Source: Octopus vulgaris
Lineage: Eukaryota
Assembly (NCBI GenBank): GCA_951406725.2
Contig: OX597832.1
Location: 56,358,001 to 56,422,000 of the forward strand
DNA length: 64,000 nucleotides
Reading direction: 5' to 3'
Position 1 is the stretch's first letter; each line of letters opens with the position of its first letter. The notes under the pieces were generated by a model. It searched no databases. It was not told the origin of the DNA and saw nothing but the letters and a program-made list of their open reading frames with translations. This document shows positions 12,518 to 24,888 of this stretch, piece after piece. The translations under genes were made by a program, and so were the position numbers.

Positions 12518-12788
12518 GTATTTGTGAAGGGAACCTACTTCTCATCGACACCTGTGATTGTCACATGCTGATGACGGGTCAATACCCAGAAACTCGAGTC
12601 CGTGTGTATCATAAGTTGAAAATACTGATAGGGCACAGAAAGTGTGTCTATAGCCAGCTGGAGGAGGTGTCCTCCTGGGGCTACAAACTACAGTAGCATC
12701 CACCCTTAGGGGTTAGCCATATCTAAATGGCAAATATACGTCACGATGTGTTGTAGCTACTGTTTATAACTCGCTCTGAGATTTATTA
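12518..12788 (+). mobile_element. Penelope-like insertion with 13-bp TSD inside an older MITE
   Basis: tttattttattaa at 12505-12517 and 12789-12801. Contains a hammerhead; the 3' part resembles 1290-1445. Confidence 0.65.
12562..12606 (+). ncRNA. Hammerhead ribozyme (type I, palindromic stem III)
   Basis: cacatg-CTGATGA-c-gggt-caat-accc-a-GAAA-ctcgag-TC-cgtgtg: 6-bp stem I, 4-bp stem II, ACTCGAGT palindrome, GUC cleavage triplet ending at 12600. Confidence 0.8.
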
Positions 12789-13108
12789 TTTATTTTATTA
12801 AATTTTTCATTAATTTCAAAATTAAGTGGAACAAAAGTAGGGTATTTCAACAGAAATATGGTAACAGAATGGCTAATAATGGATGAATATAAACAATTAA
12901 AACCCTCAAAGACACTTTATAATCACTGATGGCCACTTGTGGCTGTCTTACATTAATATAGAAAATTATGTTCCAAAGACAAGCCTTTCAAAGTCAGAAT
13001 AACTACAAAGCATAAGAGCCACTCATAATTAAATATTACTCTTAAATTTTGGCACTAAGCCAGCAATTTTGGGGAAGAGAGAAGCTGATTACATCATCTC
13101 CAGTGCTC

Positions 13109-13360
13109 GTGGAGGTGTGTGGCTTAGTGCTTAGGGATGTTGGCCTCATGTTCATAAGATTGTGGTTTCAATTCCTGGACCAGGTGACTCGTTGTGTTCT
13201 TGAGCAAAACCCTTCATTTCACATTGCTCCAGTCCACTCAGCTAACAAAAATGAGTAACCTTGCGATGAACTAGCGTCCCATCCAGGGGGATAATTTATA
13301 TGACATGGAAGCCAGGAAACTGGCCCTTATGAGTCGGTATGACTCGGGAAGGTAACTTTA
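13109..13360 (+). mobile_element. tRNA-derived SINE family C (OR-type-like); relatives at 17310-17690(-), 26663-26810 + 27455-27600, 30188-30480, 44230-44350(-)
   Basis: tggcttagtgsttaggg A box, ggtttcrattcc B box, followed by gttgtgtycttgagcaa. Confidence 0.75.
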
Positions 13361-13622
13361 TCACCAGTGCTCAACTGCAACACTGGATTAACCATTAAGC
13401 AAAGTAAACACGTGCTCAGGGCATCAAGGGTCAAGGGCACCACAGAAATGAAAATGGTTTACAACACAAAAGAAATCACTTTAAACTTGCTAAAATAAGG
13501 TTCGTAATGCCTTATCTCTACTAAGTATAGAAGCAGAAGTTTTATGTAGAATTAATTTTAACAATATCATTGAATACTTCGCAATTAAAAAAACAAAACA
13601 AAGGAAACACTTTTCAAATATA

Positions 13623-13899
13623 AAAAAGAGCACTTAGAGAGCACAAACCTCCACCAAGGCAACAACAATATCCTCTCAACGATTTACTCTTTTACTTGTT
13701 TCAGTCATTTGACTGTGGCCATGCTGGAGCACTACCTTTAATCGAGTATATTGACCCCAGGACTTATTCTTAGTTTATTGGTCTCTTTTGCCGAACTGCT
13801 AAGTTACGGGGACATAAAACACACCAACATCGGTTGTCAAGCGATGTTGTGGGGACAAACACAGACACACAACCTATACACACACACATACATACATAC

Positions 13900-13949
<50 letters not shown>

Positions 13950-14220
13950 GATGTGCTTTCAGATTCCATCAACCAAATCAACTCACAAGGCTTTCATCGG
14001 CCTGAGGCTATAGTAGAAGACACTTGCCCAAGGTGCCATGCAGTGGGACTGAACCCAGAACCATGTGGTTGGTAAGCAAGCTACTTACCACACAGCCACT
14101 CCTACACCTATGGATTAGCCAGAGATGATTTTTAAAATGAGAATATCTGAAATAAATGACTGCTCTCACAAATGAGAATACAAAAAATGAACCTGATTGC
14201 TCTCAAACGGAAAAATAATC

Positions 14221-14251
<31 letters not shown>

Positions 14252-14768
14252 TGAGTGAGAGGTGAAGGAAGAGAAGATGAAATACTAATACAGTGAAGGA
14301 GAAGTAGTGAGAGTAATAGCTATGACTGAGAAGGAGTGAAGAAAGTAATGACAATGATAAAGATGAAACAAAGTGGCAAAGAGAGTGTCATATGAATGAG
14401 AAAGGAAGGGGAGATGCATGAATAAGGAAGGAAGGAGTGAAAAAGCTGATAAATGGGATTTGTGTGAAAAATGGAAATGGGATGGTAATGCTGACAATGT
14501 CTGAGTATATGTGTGTGATTGTGTACAGGAGAACTATGTGAAACTTTACATATACATGTAAAGTAAAAAAATTGGGACAATAATCCAGAATCCTTGTACT
14601 GGATCAATCCCAAACTCTAATCAGTTCATGTCAGTTATGAGGCGAAACATCCGTGAAAGTTTCATCTGAATCCATCCAGTGGTTCTTAAGATATCTTGTC
14701 CACGGATAAACAAACAAACAAATACGCCTGAAAACAATACTTCAGCCTTCGCTAAGGTGGAGGTAATA
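13623..14768. mobile_element. Helentron-associated (HINE-like) non-autonomous element containing a SINE A insertion
   Basis: aaacctccaccaagg near the left end; (acaa)n...ccttcgctaaggtggaggtaataa at the right end (subterminal inverted motif and hairpin). Confidence 0.5.
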
Positions 14769-14957
14769 AAATGAACACCAAAATAAACATTATTTTCCAT
14801 GTTACAGAGAATTTTGTTTCATTTTGAAAAATAAAAGTATATTTCATGGTTTATTATTGTTTTCATTTTGGATAATTTTTGTTTACATTTTGAACCATTT
14901 ACGTATACTTGAGGGCACAAAAACCTTTTAAGTGCTTAGGGCCACTATGGGCCTTAA

Positions 14958-15806
14958 CTCCTTAATGGATTATCCCGAGTTTACTCGTGCATCACAAATG
15001 TATCTTTTTAGAACTAGACGAGTATACTCGGACAAAATTAACTTTTAATTTTAGCACTCAAACAAGTTTATTTGTTTTGTGTCATTTCATTTATGAGCAA
15101 TCACGAATTTACTCACGTTGTCGCACGCCTGGCAGCACATATTCTGGGGCCATTTTAAAGAATTTATGCTTCTGAGTTTTGAACTTTTACTTCAGTGCAT
15201 ACTCAGATTCAGGAGGAGGTTGGTGTCATTTTAGAACCGTCTCATTTTGATTCTCTATTATCTATACAAATAAGAAATGGATGAAGATTTAGATATATTC
15301 AGCGATCACGAAAGCGATTTTTCATTTCATGATCTAGAAAGCTCTGGGGATGAATTAGACACGTGTAGCTCAGACTCTGACAATTTTTCAGAAGATGACA
15401 AAGATAATCAGATAGATGCACGTGCATGGCACGAAATCAATTGCTTGTCCGATTCAAAGAGAAAGCAGATACATGTGTAATGTCTGCAAGATAACTGTGT
15501 GTGTAACACCTTGTTTTAAAAATTATCATTCTAAATAAACTATTTCATTTAAAAAAATATTTTCCTTTGATTTAAAAGCAATACATCTTATAAAAAATCG
15601 AAGATAGTTAAGTTATATGTATCTTTTCAATGTCCGAGTTAACTTGTTTAAATCCAAATGAGTAAAAGTCCATTTTAATTTCAATAATAAAAAATAAAGG
15701 AAACATGATAAAAAAACTTCTTTTTTTTTTTGTAACTAACACAGTGTATATAATTAAAAAAGGAAATAAAAAATATGCTCTGAAATGAAATTGATCCCTT
15801 AAGGGG
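14958..15806 (+). mobile_element. Internally deleted piggyBac transposon
   Basis: TTAA TSDs (14954-14957, 15807-15810) and TIR cyccttaakggat. Acidic N-terminus MDEDLDIFSDHESD... is joined to the cysteine-rich C-terminus RYMCNVCKITVCVTPCFKNYHSK*. Confidence 0.85.
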
Positions 15807-16579
15807 TTAATCTGGCCCTGCTCAGCTGGTAGTTATTTTACCAACTCTGAAAGTATGAAAGGCAAAGTTGACCTCAGCAGACTCATAATTAAATATTAGT
15901 GTCACATCTGGGATGGTGCTGTTCTTAGACAATGGAATACAACTGACTCATAAAGGATAGTGCTGCCATTATGCACCCAAATATACAAGATCAGTAAGAG
16001 CTTTTAGTTTGTTTCAGTTATGCATGGGCGACTGCTGGTCTTCTATAAACAATCTTGCCCAGACTTGTGCCTTGAAGGGTAACTTTCTAGGTGCAATCCC
16101 ATGGTCATTCATGACTGAAGGGGTTCTTTTATATATATATGCTTAATTGTAACCAGCACAAAATGACTCTGAGAAGAGTAGCATTAATTCTCTTGGTTGG
16201 TCAATTTTTCTCAATCAATAAATGGGCTGAGTAAACCATCATCATCGTCGTTTAATGTCTGCTTTCCATACTGGCATGAGTTGGAGAATTTGACTGAGGG
16301 CTAGTGAGCCAGAAGGCTGCACCAGGCTCCAGTCTGATCTGGCAAAAGTTTCTACAGCTGGATGCCCTTCCTAATGCCAACCACTCCGAGAGTGTAGTGG
16401 GTGCTTTAACATGCTGCCAGCACAAGGGCCAATCAGGCGGTACTGGCATCGCCCACGCTCAAATGGTGTTTTTTACGTGCCAATGAATAACAAACCTATA
16501 ATGACTACTGGAAACAACTGTGAGTCAAATTTACTACAATAAAGAAATATATAAGGACCAATATTTATGCCTTGTCTTA

Positions 16580-16700
16580 TATGAAGGGGCACTGCAATAA
16601 GTGTGAATCTGAGAGGGGAATATGTTGAACAAAATCATAATTGACTGATCCTCCTGTATTTTCTTTTACCCAAAGCCAGGAACTTTTCAGCACACCATCA
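16580..16700 (+). mobile_element. Mariner-derived 3' end / MITE; related copy at 43600-43812
   Basis: Transposase C-terminus-like KCVNLRGEYVE followed by TIR ...ggaacttttcagcacacc; the same segment occurs reversed at 43603-43705. Confidence 0.6.
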
Positions 16701-16734
16701 TTCAAAATGTGACCTCGTGTGTACCGTTGGCAAT

Positions 16735-16915
16735 TTTTTTCCTCTGTCTTCCCTTCTTTGGATCTTTCCTTCTCCTATGTTTCCGACGAAGAGCTCCGTT
16801 CGAAACGTTAAATCCTCCTTCATTCCTTCTTTTCTGAGCGTCCAATAATACTATATTTGTTCCACATCCTCTCGTTGTTGTGTTTTTTTGTGCTTTCTTG
16901 TTTGGATTAACTTTA
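16735..16915 (+). mobile_element. Penelope-like tail with minimal hammerhead-like motif (16779-16813)
   Basis: gttt-ccgacga-a-gagc-tcc-gttc-GAAA-cgt-t-aaat (U4C, ACGT palindrome); ends in (TA)n. Confidence 0.5.
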
Positions 16916-17864
16916 TATATATATAGACATATTTATATAGATCCATTAAAGATCTAGGCATCTCAAAGTGAAGCATGCTACAAGTGATGGCTAGAAAGAA
17001 CAGCGCAAGTTACACAGTTAAGTAATCCATTACCAAAGTACAGAATGCATCGTTGAAGGGAAGTTCTTGGTTGTTTGGTAATCCACAACTCCAACAGATT
17101 AATTGCTATGGTGCTTGCTCTCTCCGTGTCTTTATTTCTAAGAAACGCTGACAGGTTGTTTATTTAGCTGAGTCATTATTGTAACCACTATTATATTGTA
17201 TCTTTATTTTTTGGAGACACTTTCGGGTCAGCTCATTTGCTGAATACCGAGTAGAAATATGGATAAGTTTAAAACACCTCATGTGTGTGTGTGTCTGTGT
17301 ACATAAGTATGTGGCACTCTGTCAGTTACGATGACAAGAGTTTCGGTTGATCCGATCAACGGAACAGCCTGCTCATGAAATTAACGTGCAAGTGGCTGAG
17401 CACTCCACAGACACGAGTACCCTTAACGTAGTTCTTGGGGAGATTCGGCATAGCACAGGGTGACAAGGCAGGCCCTTTGAAATACAGGTACAACAGAATC
17501 AGGAAGAAAGAGTGAGAGAAAGTTGTGGTGAAAGAGTACAGCAGGGTTTACCGTCACCCCTTGCTGGAGCCTCGTGGAGCTTTAGGTGTTTTCGCTCAAT
17601 AAACACTCACAACACCCGGTCTGGGAATTGAAAAGGTGATCCTATGACCACGAGTCCACTGCCCTAACCAGTGGGCCATTGCACCTCTACGTACATAAAT
17701 ACATCATAGGTATTTAGAAACTTGGAGAAATATGAAGTAAATTATGAGCAGCCTTTACCTTTCTTTTTCCCACCCAAAGGGTTCTTTAACACAGTATTCT
17801 TCTTGGTACTATTACTACTACTACACACATGTACATGTGTGTGTGTATATATATGCAATATATA

Positions 17865-17930
<66 letters not shown>

Positions 17931-18204
17931 CATATATATATACACACAATGGGCTTCTTTCAATTTCCGTCTACCAAATCCACTCACAAGGCTTTGGTCA
18001 GCCCAAGGCTATTGTAGAGGACACTTGCCCAAGGTTCCACACAGTGGAACTTGACTCAAAACCATGTAGTTGAAAAGCAAGCTTCTTACCACACAGCCAC
18101 ACCTATATACACATATGTACACACACATATATATGTATGAATGTACATATGTATGTATGTATCTGCCTATCTATCCATATATATATATATAAATGTATAT
18201 ATTC

Positions 18205-18505
18205 TTCTCTACTCTAGGCACAAGGCCCGAAATTTGTGGGGAGGGAGCCAGCTGGTACTTAATTTATTGACCCTGAAAGGATGAAAGGCAAAGCTGACCT
18301 TAGTGGAATTTGAACTCAGAACATAGCGATGAGTAAATGCCGGTAAGCATTTCACCCAGCATGCTAACGATTCTGCTCGCTTGCCACCTTAATAATAATG
18401 ATAATCCCTTCTATTATAGGCACAATTGCTGAAATTTGGTGGGAGGGGACTAGCTGGTTACATCAACCCCAGTATCTCACTGGTACTTAATTTATTGATC
18501 CTGAA
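18205..18505 (-). mobile_element. tRNA-derived SINE family B (Meta-SINE-like domain)
   Basis: Minus strand reads aaggtggcaagc..gcagaatcgttagc...gagttcaaattcc...gcctttcatcctttcagggtcaataaattaagtaccag. Other copies: 7670-7800, 9980-10135, 20265-20397, 40955-41172, 44380-44597, 45322-45830 (several tandem), 46940-47005(+), 58670-58767, 63570-63660(+). Confidence 0.8.
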
Positions 18506-18508
18506 GAG

Positions 18509-19335
18509 AGACGTTTGCGCTGGTATGGTCATGTGGCGAGAATGGATGAAGATAGTTGTGTGAAAAAGTGCCACACCCTAGCGGTTGAGGGAACCTGTGG
18601 AAGAGGCAGACCCAGGAAAACCTGGGACGAGGTGGTGAAGCACGACCTTCGAACTTTAGGTCTCACTGTGGAAAATGACTAGAGACCGAGACCTCTGGAA
18701 GTGTGCTGTGCGCGAGAAGACCCGGCAGGACAAGTGAGTCCATAACCCGTGGCCTTCTACATGGGATGGAGCCAGCCTACGTATGCATACCTTCCCTTCT
18801 TGGGACACAAAACTCTACTTGTGAAGACGTGTTGAGGCAAGTGAGGATCAGAATCGAAATCGATCAATGGAAATTGCGGATGTGTTACCAGTGCCGGTGG
18901 CATGTCGAAACTCTATTTGTGAAGACCCGTTGAGGCAAGTGAGGATCAGAATCGAAATCGATCAATGGAAATTGCAGATGTGTTACCAGTGCCGGTGGCA
19001 TGTAAGAGAACTTTCCGTTTCGCGACCGTTGCCAGCACAACCCCGTTTCGTGTCCGTTGCCAGCCTCGCCTGGCCCTCGTGCCGGTGGCACATAAAAAGC
19101 ACCATCTGTTCGTGGCCGTTTGCCAGCTCTGTCTGGCACCAGTGCGGGTGGCACGTAAAAAGCACCCACTACACTCACGGAGTGGTTGGCGTTAGGAAGG
19201 GCATCCAGCCGTAGAAACACTGCCAGATTTGACTGGGCCTGATGAAGCCTTCTGGCTTCACAGACCCCAGTAGAACCGTCCAACCCATGCTAGCATGGAA
19301 AACGGACGCTAAACGATGATGATGATGATGATGAT
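18509..19335 (+). mobile_element. 5'-truncated RTE-clade LINE (ORF C-terminus, 3' UTR and (GAT)n tail) inserted in a SINE B
   Basis: RRLRWYGHVARMDEDSCVKKCHTLAVEGTCGRGRPRKTWDEVVKHDLR...DRDLWK. The UTR has a ~100-bp tandem duplication and repeated gccggtggcacgtaaaaagcacc. Further tails: 12215-12370, 16238-16480, 21057-21640, 21730-22100, 27615-27740, 29165-29415, 31535-31858, 35812-36110, 36507-36680, 53077-53545, 57480-57670, 57846-58150. Confidence 0.93.
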
Positions 19336-19398
19336 GATGAAAGGATCCAAAGCAAAGTTGACCTCAGTAGAATTTGAACACAAAACGTAGCAACAGGC

Positions 19399-19424
<26 letters not shown>

Positions 19425-19429
<5 letters not shown>

Positions 19430-19960
19430 GCCCTGATGCAGTACCAGTCAGTGTATCTCATGGCTGCTGATCTTAACTGATTGGAAGTGTTATCATGTAC
19501 ATTGTTTTGTCTTGGTATAAAAGATGGTCTACAGCAAATATTCTGCTCAGTTCTACAGATTTGCTTGTCAGTTGTTTGACCATAACCAGTTGAGCATGTC
19601 CCTTAGTGGCTGATGATATGTGCATCTCTGATCACGAGCCGAAGTAGTGGGGGAGCATCTTAGCCATGTGTTGAGAAGGATACTTTGGAAATATGGGTGT
19701 TTCGTTCAACATCCTTAAACAAGCCTTATTCAGGGACCTTTTGGGCAGGACGGGTTACTTGACCAGAAGAAAATACTAACTGGGCTCCACCTGCAAGGTC
19801 ATGCTCTGTTTATCTTGATATGAGATCACCATGTCACGCACACATGGTTGTGATGCATGTGCCTAGTGTACCCTTATCAGACGGGTAGTCATGATGGGTA
19901 TACTGGGCTTCGTATATTTTACCCCAGTGTCACTTTGATGGCAGGCACTGCTCTCTCACT
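19425..19960. mobile_element. Unclassified ~535-bp element inserted in (TAA)n, possibly a non-LTR retroelement fragment
   Basis: Complex sequence sharply bounded on both sides by pure (AAT)n tracts. Confidence 0.4.
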
Positions 19961-19961
19961 C

Positions 19962-20011
<50 letters not shown>

Positions 20012-20016
<5 letters not shown>

Positions 20017-20112
20017 TCAAAAAATACCTTAGGAACGAGAACCCAGGTTCAAAATTTCCCCAAGACACCTGATGACGGCTGGAGGGTATATCCGCCAAAA
20101 TGTGTTAACAAT
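20012..20112 (+). mobile_element. Tail fragment of the tRNA-hammerhead element (degenerate hammerhead)
   Basis: aacatcaaaaaataccttaggaa...gacacctgatgacggctggagggtatatccgccaaaatgtgttaac matches 27300-27400. Confidence 0.75.
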
Positions 20113-23100
20113 AATATAATGATAATTACTAGTATAATGTCTCAGTTGAGTTAGAGCACAACTGAAAAAGACAAGGAGAGAAAAAGCAATCAATGCATGT
20201 GTGCACATATTAGTGCATCTGTTTGAATTAATCAGCGTAATTCTGCACACATTTGTACCTTTCTAAAGGTACAAAGTCTGAAATTTGGGTGGTGGTCGTC
20301 GACCTCGGTGGAATTTGAACTCAGAGCGTCAAGGTCGATGAAATGCCTCAAAGCATTTTGCCCAGTATGCTAACGATTCTGCCAGCTCACCACCTTAGGC
20401 TTATCTCATAGATACTGATAATAATAATCGTTCGCAAAAATAACAAGCAGAGATTGTGAATAATGCAGTGTTTAACATCTGTTTATCAAGTTCAGCAACA
20501 TGTCAACCAAACATCAAAGGCATGCATCTTTGATAATAGCCTTGGATCAACCAAAGCTGTGAGTAAAATTTGGTAGGCAGCCTGATTCAACACCATCACC
20601 TGGGTCTCTGGTGCCTTTTGCAAAGTCCATTTCATTACAAGTATTTAGACAAGGTCTCCAGTGTGAGGATAACTTCCTCCCATCATCCCACTTCTTTCAT
20701 AGTCCCTGAATAGGATCACAGACCTGGCCCTACCTCCTCTCATAAACCTAAGGGCCCAGGAACCGGGGGTGCATTTGCACTCCCAAAAATTTTGTCAGGG
20801 TGCAAGATTCAATATTGCACCTCCTACTTACCTTTCCCACACTTAGAAATTTGAACTTAAAAATTAATCAGTAAAAAGTTGCTTCAAGTTATGCTTCTTC
20901 ACAAAATAAAAAGAAAGAATTAAAATAAATAATTAAAAAAACACACCTCAAATCCCTAGAAAGATATATTGCTGGACTAAAGCATCCTCAACATTAACAT
21001 TAAAATTTTATATATATATAGATATAGATATATATATAAATTATATATAAATATATCATCATGCATGGGTTGGAAGGTTTGACTGGAGACTGGCAAGCCA
21101 GGAGGCCGCACCAGGCTCCAATCTGATCTGGCAAAGTTTCTACAGCTGGATGCCCTTCCAAACGCCAACTACTCTGAGAGTGTTGTGGGTGCTTTTTGTG
21201 TTCCACCAGCATGGGAGCTAGTCAGGTGGCACTGGCATTGGCCACATTTGGATGGTACTTTTTACATGCCACTTGTACAGGAGGCAGTCTGAGTAGGGGG
21301 AGGGGGCTGGCATCATCCACGTTTGGATGGTCCTTTTTATGAACCACCAGCATGGGGAGCCAGTCAGGTGACTTATCGCGTGCCATCAGCACTGGTAATG
21401 GCCACAACTACAATTTCCATTTGATTTTGATTTACTTGTTTCAGTAGGCCTCCTCAAGCATGGAATGTCGCCCGACGATTCAAAGGGCTGGTTATGTGTC
21501 ACTGGTGAAGACTACGGCTGTGATCTCACTTTCCTTGTCGGGTCTTCTCAATCACAGCATATCTCCAGAGGTCTCGGTCTTTGGTTATTGCTTCGGTGAG
21601 GCCCAACATTTGAAGGTCATGCATCATGGGTCTCCCTCTTCCATGGCTTCTTTCCACTGTTAGAGAGTGAAACATCTTCACACACACACGCATATATATA
21701 TATATATATATGTATATATGTGTGTGTGGAGCACCATTCAAGCGTGATCATTGCCAGTGCCGCCTGACTGGCTCCTGTGCTTGTGGAAGGTTTGATTGGA
21801 AGAAGCACCATTCAAACATGGTCGATCACAGTGCTGGCTGACCAGTCCATTCGAGCATGGTCATTGCCAGTCCCACCTGGCTGGCTCCTGCGCCAGTGGC
21901 ACATAAAAAGCACCATTCAAGTGTGGTCGATGCTAGTACCGCCTGACTGGTCCTCATGCCGGTGGCATGTAAAAGGCACCGACTACACTCTTGGAGTGGT
22001 TGGCGTTAGGAAGAGCATCCAGCTGTAGAAACTTTGCCAGATCAGTCAAACTGTCCAACCCATGCCAGCATGGAAAGCAGCGGTTAAATGACAATGATGA
22101 TGTTAATGGTGTGGTCGTGTACTGGGGTAATAGGAATGGTTGGTGATGATATGCTCGTAAATATTTTTAGGTGCAGGAGTGGCTGTGTGGTAAGTAGCTT
22201 GCTTACCAACCACATGGTTCCAGGTTCAGTCCTACTGCATGGCATCTTGGGCAAGTGTCTCCTACTATAGCCTTGGGCTGACCAAAGCCTTGTGAGTGGA
22301 TTTGGTAGACGGAAACTGAAAGAAGCCCAATGTATGTGTGTGTGTGTGTTTGCATGTTGGTGTTTGTCCCCCACCACCATCGCTTGACAACCGATGTTGG
22401 TGTGTTTACATCCCCGTAAATTAGTGGTTCAGCAAAAGAGACCGATAGAATAAGTACTGGGCTTACAAAGAATAAGTCCTGGGGTCGATTTGTTCAACAA
22501 AAGGCAGTGCTCCAGCATAGCCACAGTCAAATGAGTGAAATAAATAAAAGAATAAAAGAATATATATATACATAAACACACATATATATACATATACATA
22601 TATATATACACTAACACACATATATATATACATATACATATACATATTCCACAGTCATTCCTCGATACTAGTACAATTGATGACCTATTAAACTCTACGA
22701 TCAAGAGCCCTTCACAGTTTTGCTATCCACTTCCTCATTTTCTCTGAATGCCATAATTGGCCCATCATCATCACTGCTATAATCCTTACCACAAGTAAAC
22801 AATAGTAGCATCATCAAGATCAGCATCGGAGTCACTCTTCAATACTAAAACAATTGATGACCTGTTAGAGAGCACAGTCTCAAGTTCTCCACTGTCAGTC
22901 AGACCACTCAAATTCTTCGCAGAATAACACAAGAGGTCCATCATCACCATTCTCGTCCTATTCTGCTGGTATTATCATTACCACTACTACTTCTCCAATT
23001 AGTGAAGAATCACTCCTTTCTTTCTCCAATGTCCACCTCAATCTGAATGTATGCCTGACAACTCCATGATAGATTTTCCAACTTTAAATAAAATAAAATT

Positions 23101-23519
23101 ATGAACATATAGGCGCAGGAGTGGCTGTGTGGTATGTAGCTTGCTAACCAACCACATTGTTCTAGGTTCAGTCCCACTGCATGGCACCTTGGGCAAGTGT
23201 CTTCTACCATAGCCTAGGGCCGACCAAAGCCTTATGGGTGGATTTGGTAGATGGAAACTGAAAGAAGCCCATCATATATATATATGTATATGTATGTGTG
23301 TGTACATGTTTGTGTGTCTGTGTTTGTCCCCCCAACATCGCTTGACATCGATGCTGATGTGTTTACGTCCCTGTCACTTAGCGGTTCGACATAAGAGACC
23401 GATAGAATAAATACTAGGCTTACAAAGAATAAGTCCTGGGGTCGATTTGCTCAATTAAAGGCGGTGCTCCAGCATGGCCACAGTCAAAATGACTGAAATG
23501 CGTAAAAGAATAAAAGAAT

Positions 23520-24720
23520 ACGAAACCCCAAATATGCCACTATTTTCAACATGAGAGACTACGCACATGCAGTCATTGTAGCTTCGCCCATTTACCTGGG
23601 ACAAGACACAATTCATACAAGCAATACCAGCCAATGTCAAACCACACATCTCACACCACCACTAAATGCTAAATCATGCTTAATAACTTCTACACATGTA
23701 ACCTGGAATCTAAAATCTGCTTCTATTCTTAACACAAAAGGTTATGTCTGACGTGTGACTGTCCCTTCACCCATCTTCCAGGGACTCAATGCATTAGTAA
23801 AAACATGACACCAAATCACTACCAAACCCATGGGAGAAACATCCCTTGCAGTGGCAGTGTTGGTGCAGACTTACATTGAAACCCGGAAGTCACCCAGATA
23901 TCTACTGGGTACAATAGTAAAATCAACAGCCACAAACCATGTAATTATAACCATATTCAACAATGCCACCATACCAAGTCCAGACAATAACCCCTTCCCA
24001 AAGAAGAAAAGTCTTTTTTAGCAATGATGAAAAGAAATAAAAAGAAAATAATAAATTCTAGCTCTCACACAGCCCCAACCACTGCTATTACCTCAGTGCA
24101 CACCTATACCATTGTTGTCATTAAACCACAAACTTAACTCAATTAAAATGCAGAATGTACAAGGTCTTTCCCACTTCACAAAAACATACAAACAAAAGAA
24201 CAATACCTTAGAGACCTTGCACAGCGAGAAAAGACAATATGTGTAGCACTAAGTGAAACGCACCTGACCCCAGACATATCGGACGTGGAAGTACATATGT
24301 CAGGTCATGCACTACTCAGAACTAACTACAGAATACAGAAACAAGGAGAAATAGCGATCTTCACCCAAGAAGACCTGGTAACAAATGTCCTCCTCTCTCA
24401 CTCCAACACAGTGTGCAATACACTAATAATCCATGCGATTGACCTCAAATTGATCATAAGCATTACCTACTGTCTTCCTGATACGACTAACCATGCTTTG
24501 TCGCTTGTAAACCAAACCTCAAATAAGGCCAGTCCACAGGCCAATGTGATTTTAGCAAGGGATTTTAATTTTCTTAGTCTCAACCCGAAATTAAACAATG
24601 GAATGTAAAAGATATGAATGCTCTTCTCAATACCACTAAAGACTTCCTTATGAAACAAAAATCATCACCCATCCAACTACCTGGTCTTTACCACCAATAC
24701 AGACTCCATTCACAATATTC
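23520..24720 (+). mobile_element. Decayed LINE fragment with APE endonuclease domain
   Basis: NVQGL...VALSETHLTPDISDVEVHMSGHALLR...VILARDFN (EEP endonuclease motifs ETxL and GDFN-like) from about 24150. Confidence 0.75.
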
Positions 24721-24753
24721 ATGTGATATATATATTTTTATGTACATACATAC

Positions 24754-24802
<49 letters not shown>

Positions 24803-24888
24803 ACAAGCCTCTTTCATTTTCTGTCTACCAAATCCACTCACAAGGCTTTGGTTGGCCCAAGGCTATAGTAGAAGACACTTGCCCAAGT

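Larger units (their letters stand above)
13380..15820 (+). mobile_element. hAT-type MITE interrupted by nested elements; shorter sister copy at 56700-57268
   Basis: Starts ctggattaaccattaagcaaa and ends ttaatctggccctg; both halves are colinear with 56700-57268. Confidence 0.7.

Noticed and set aside
18800-19170. Regularly spaced gccggtggcacgtaaaaagcacc repeats as an array system
   Set aside because: They are internal repeats of the RTE 3' UTR, seen in several dispersed copies.
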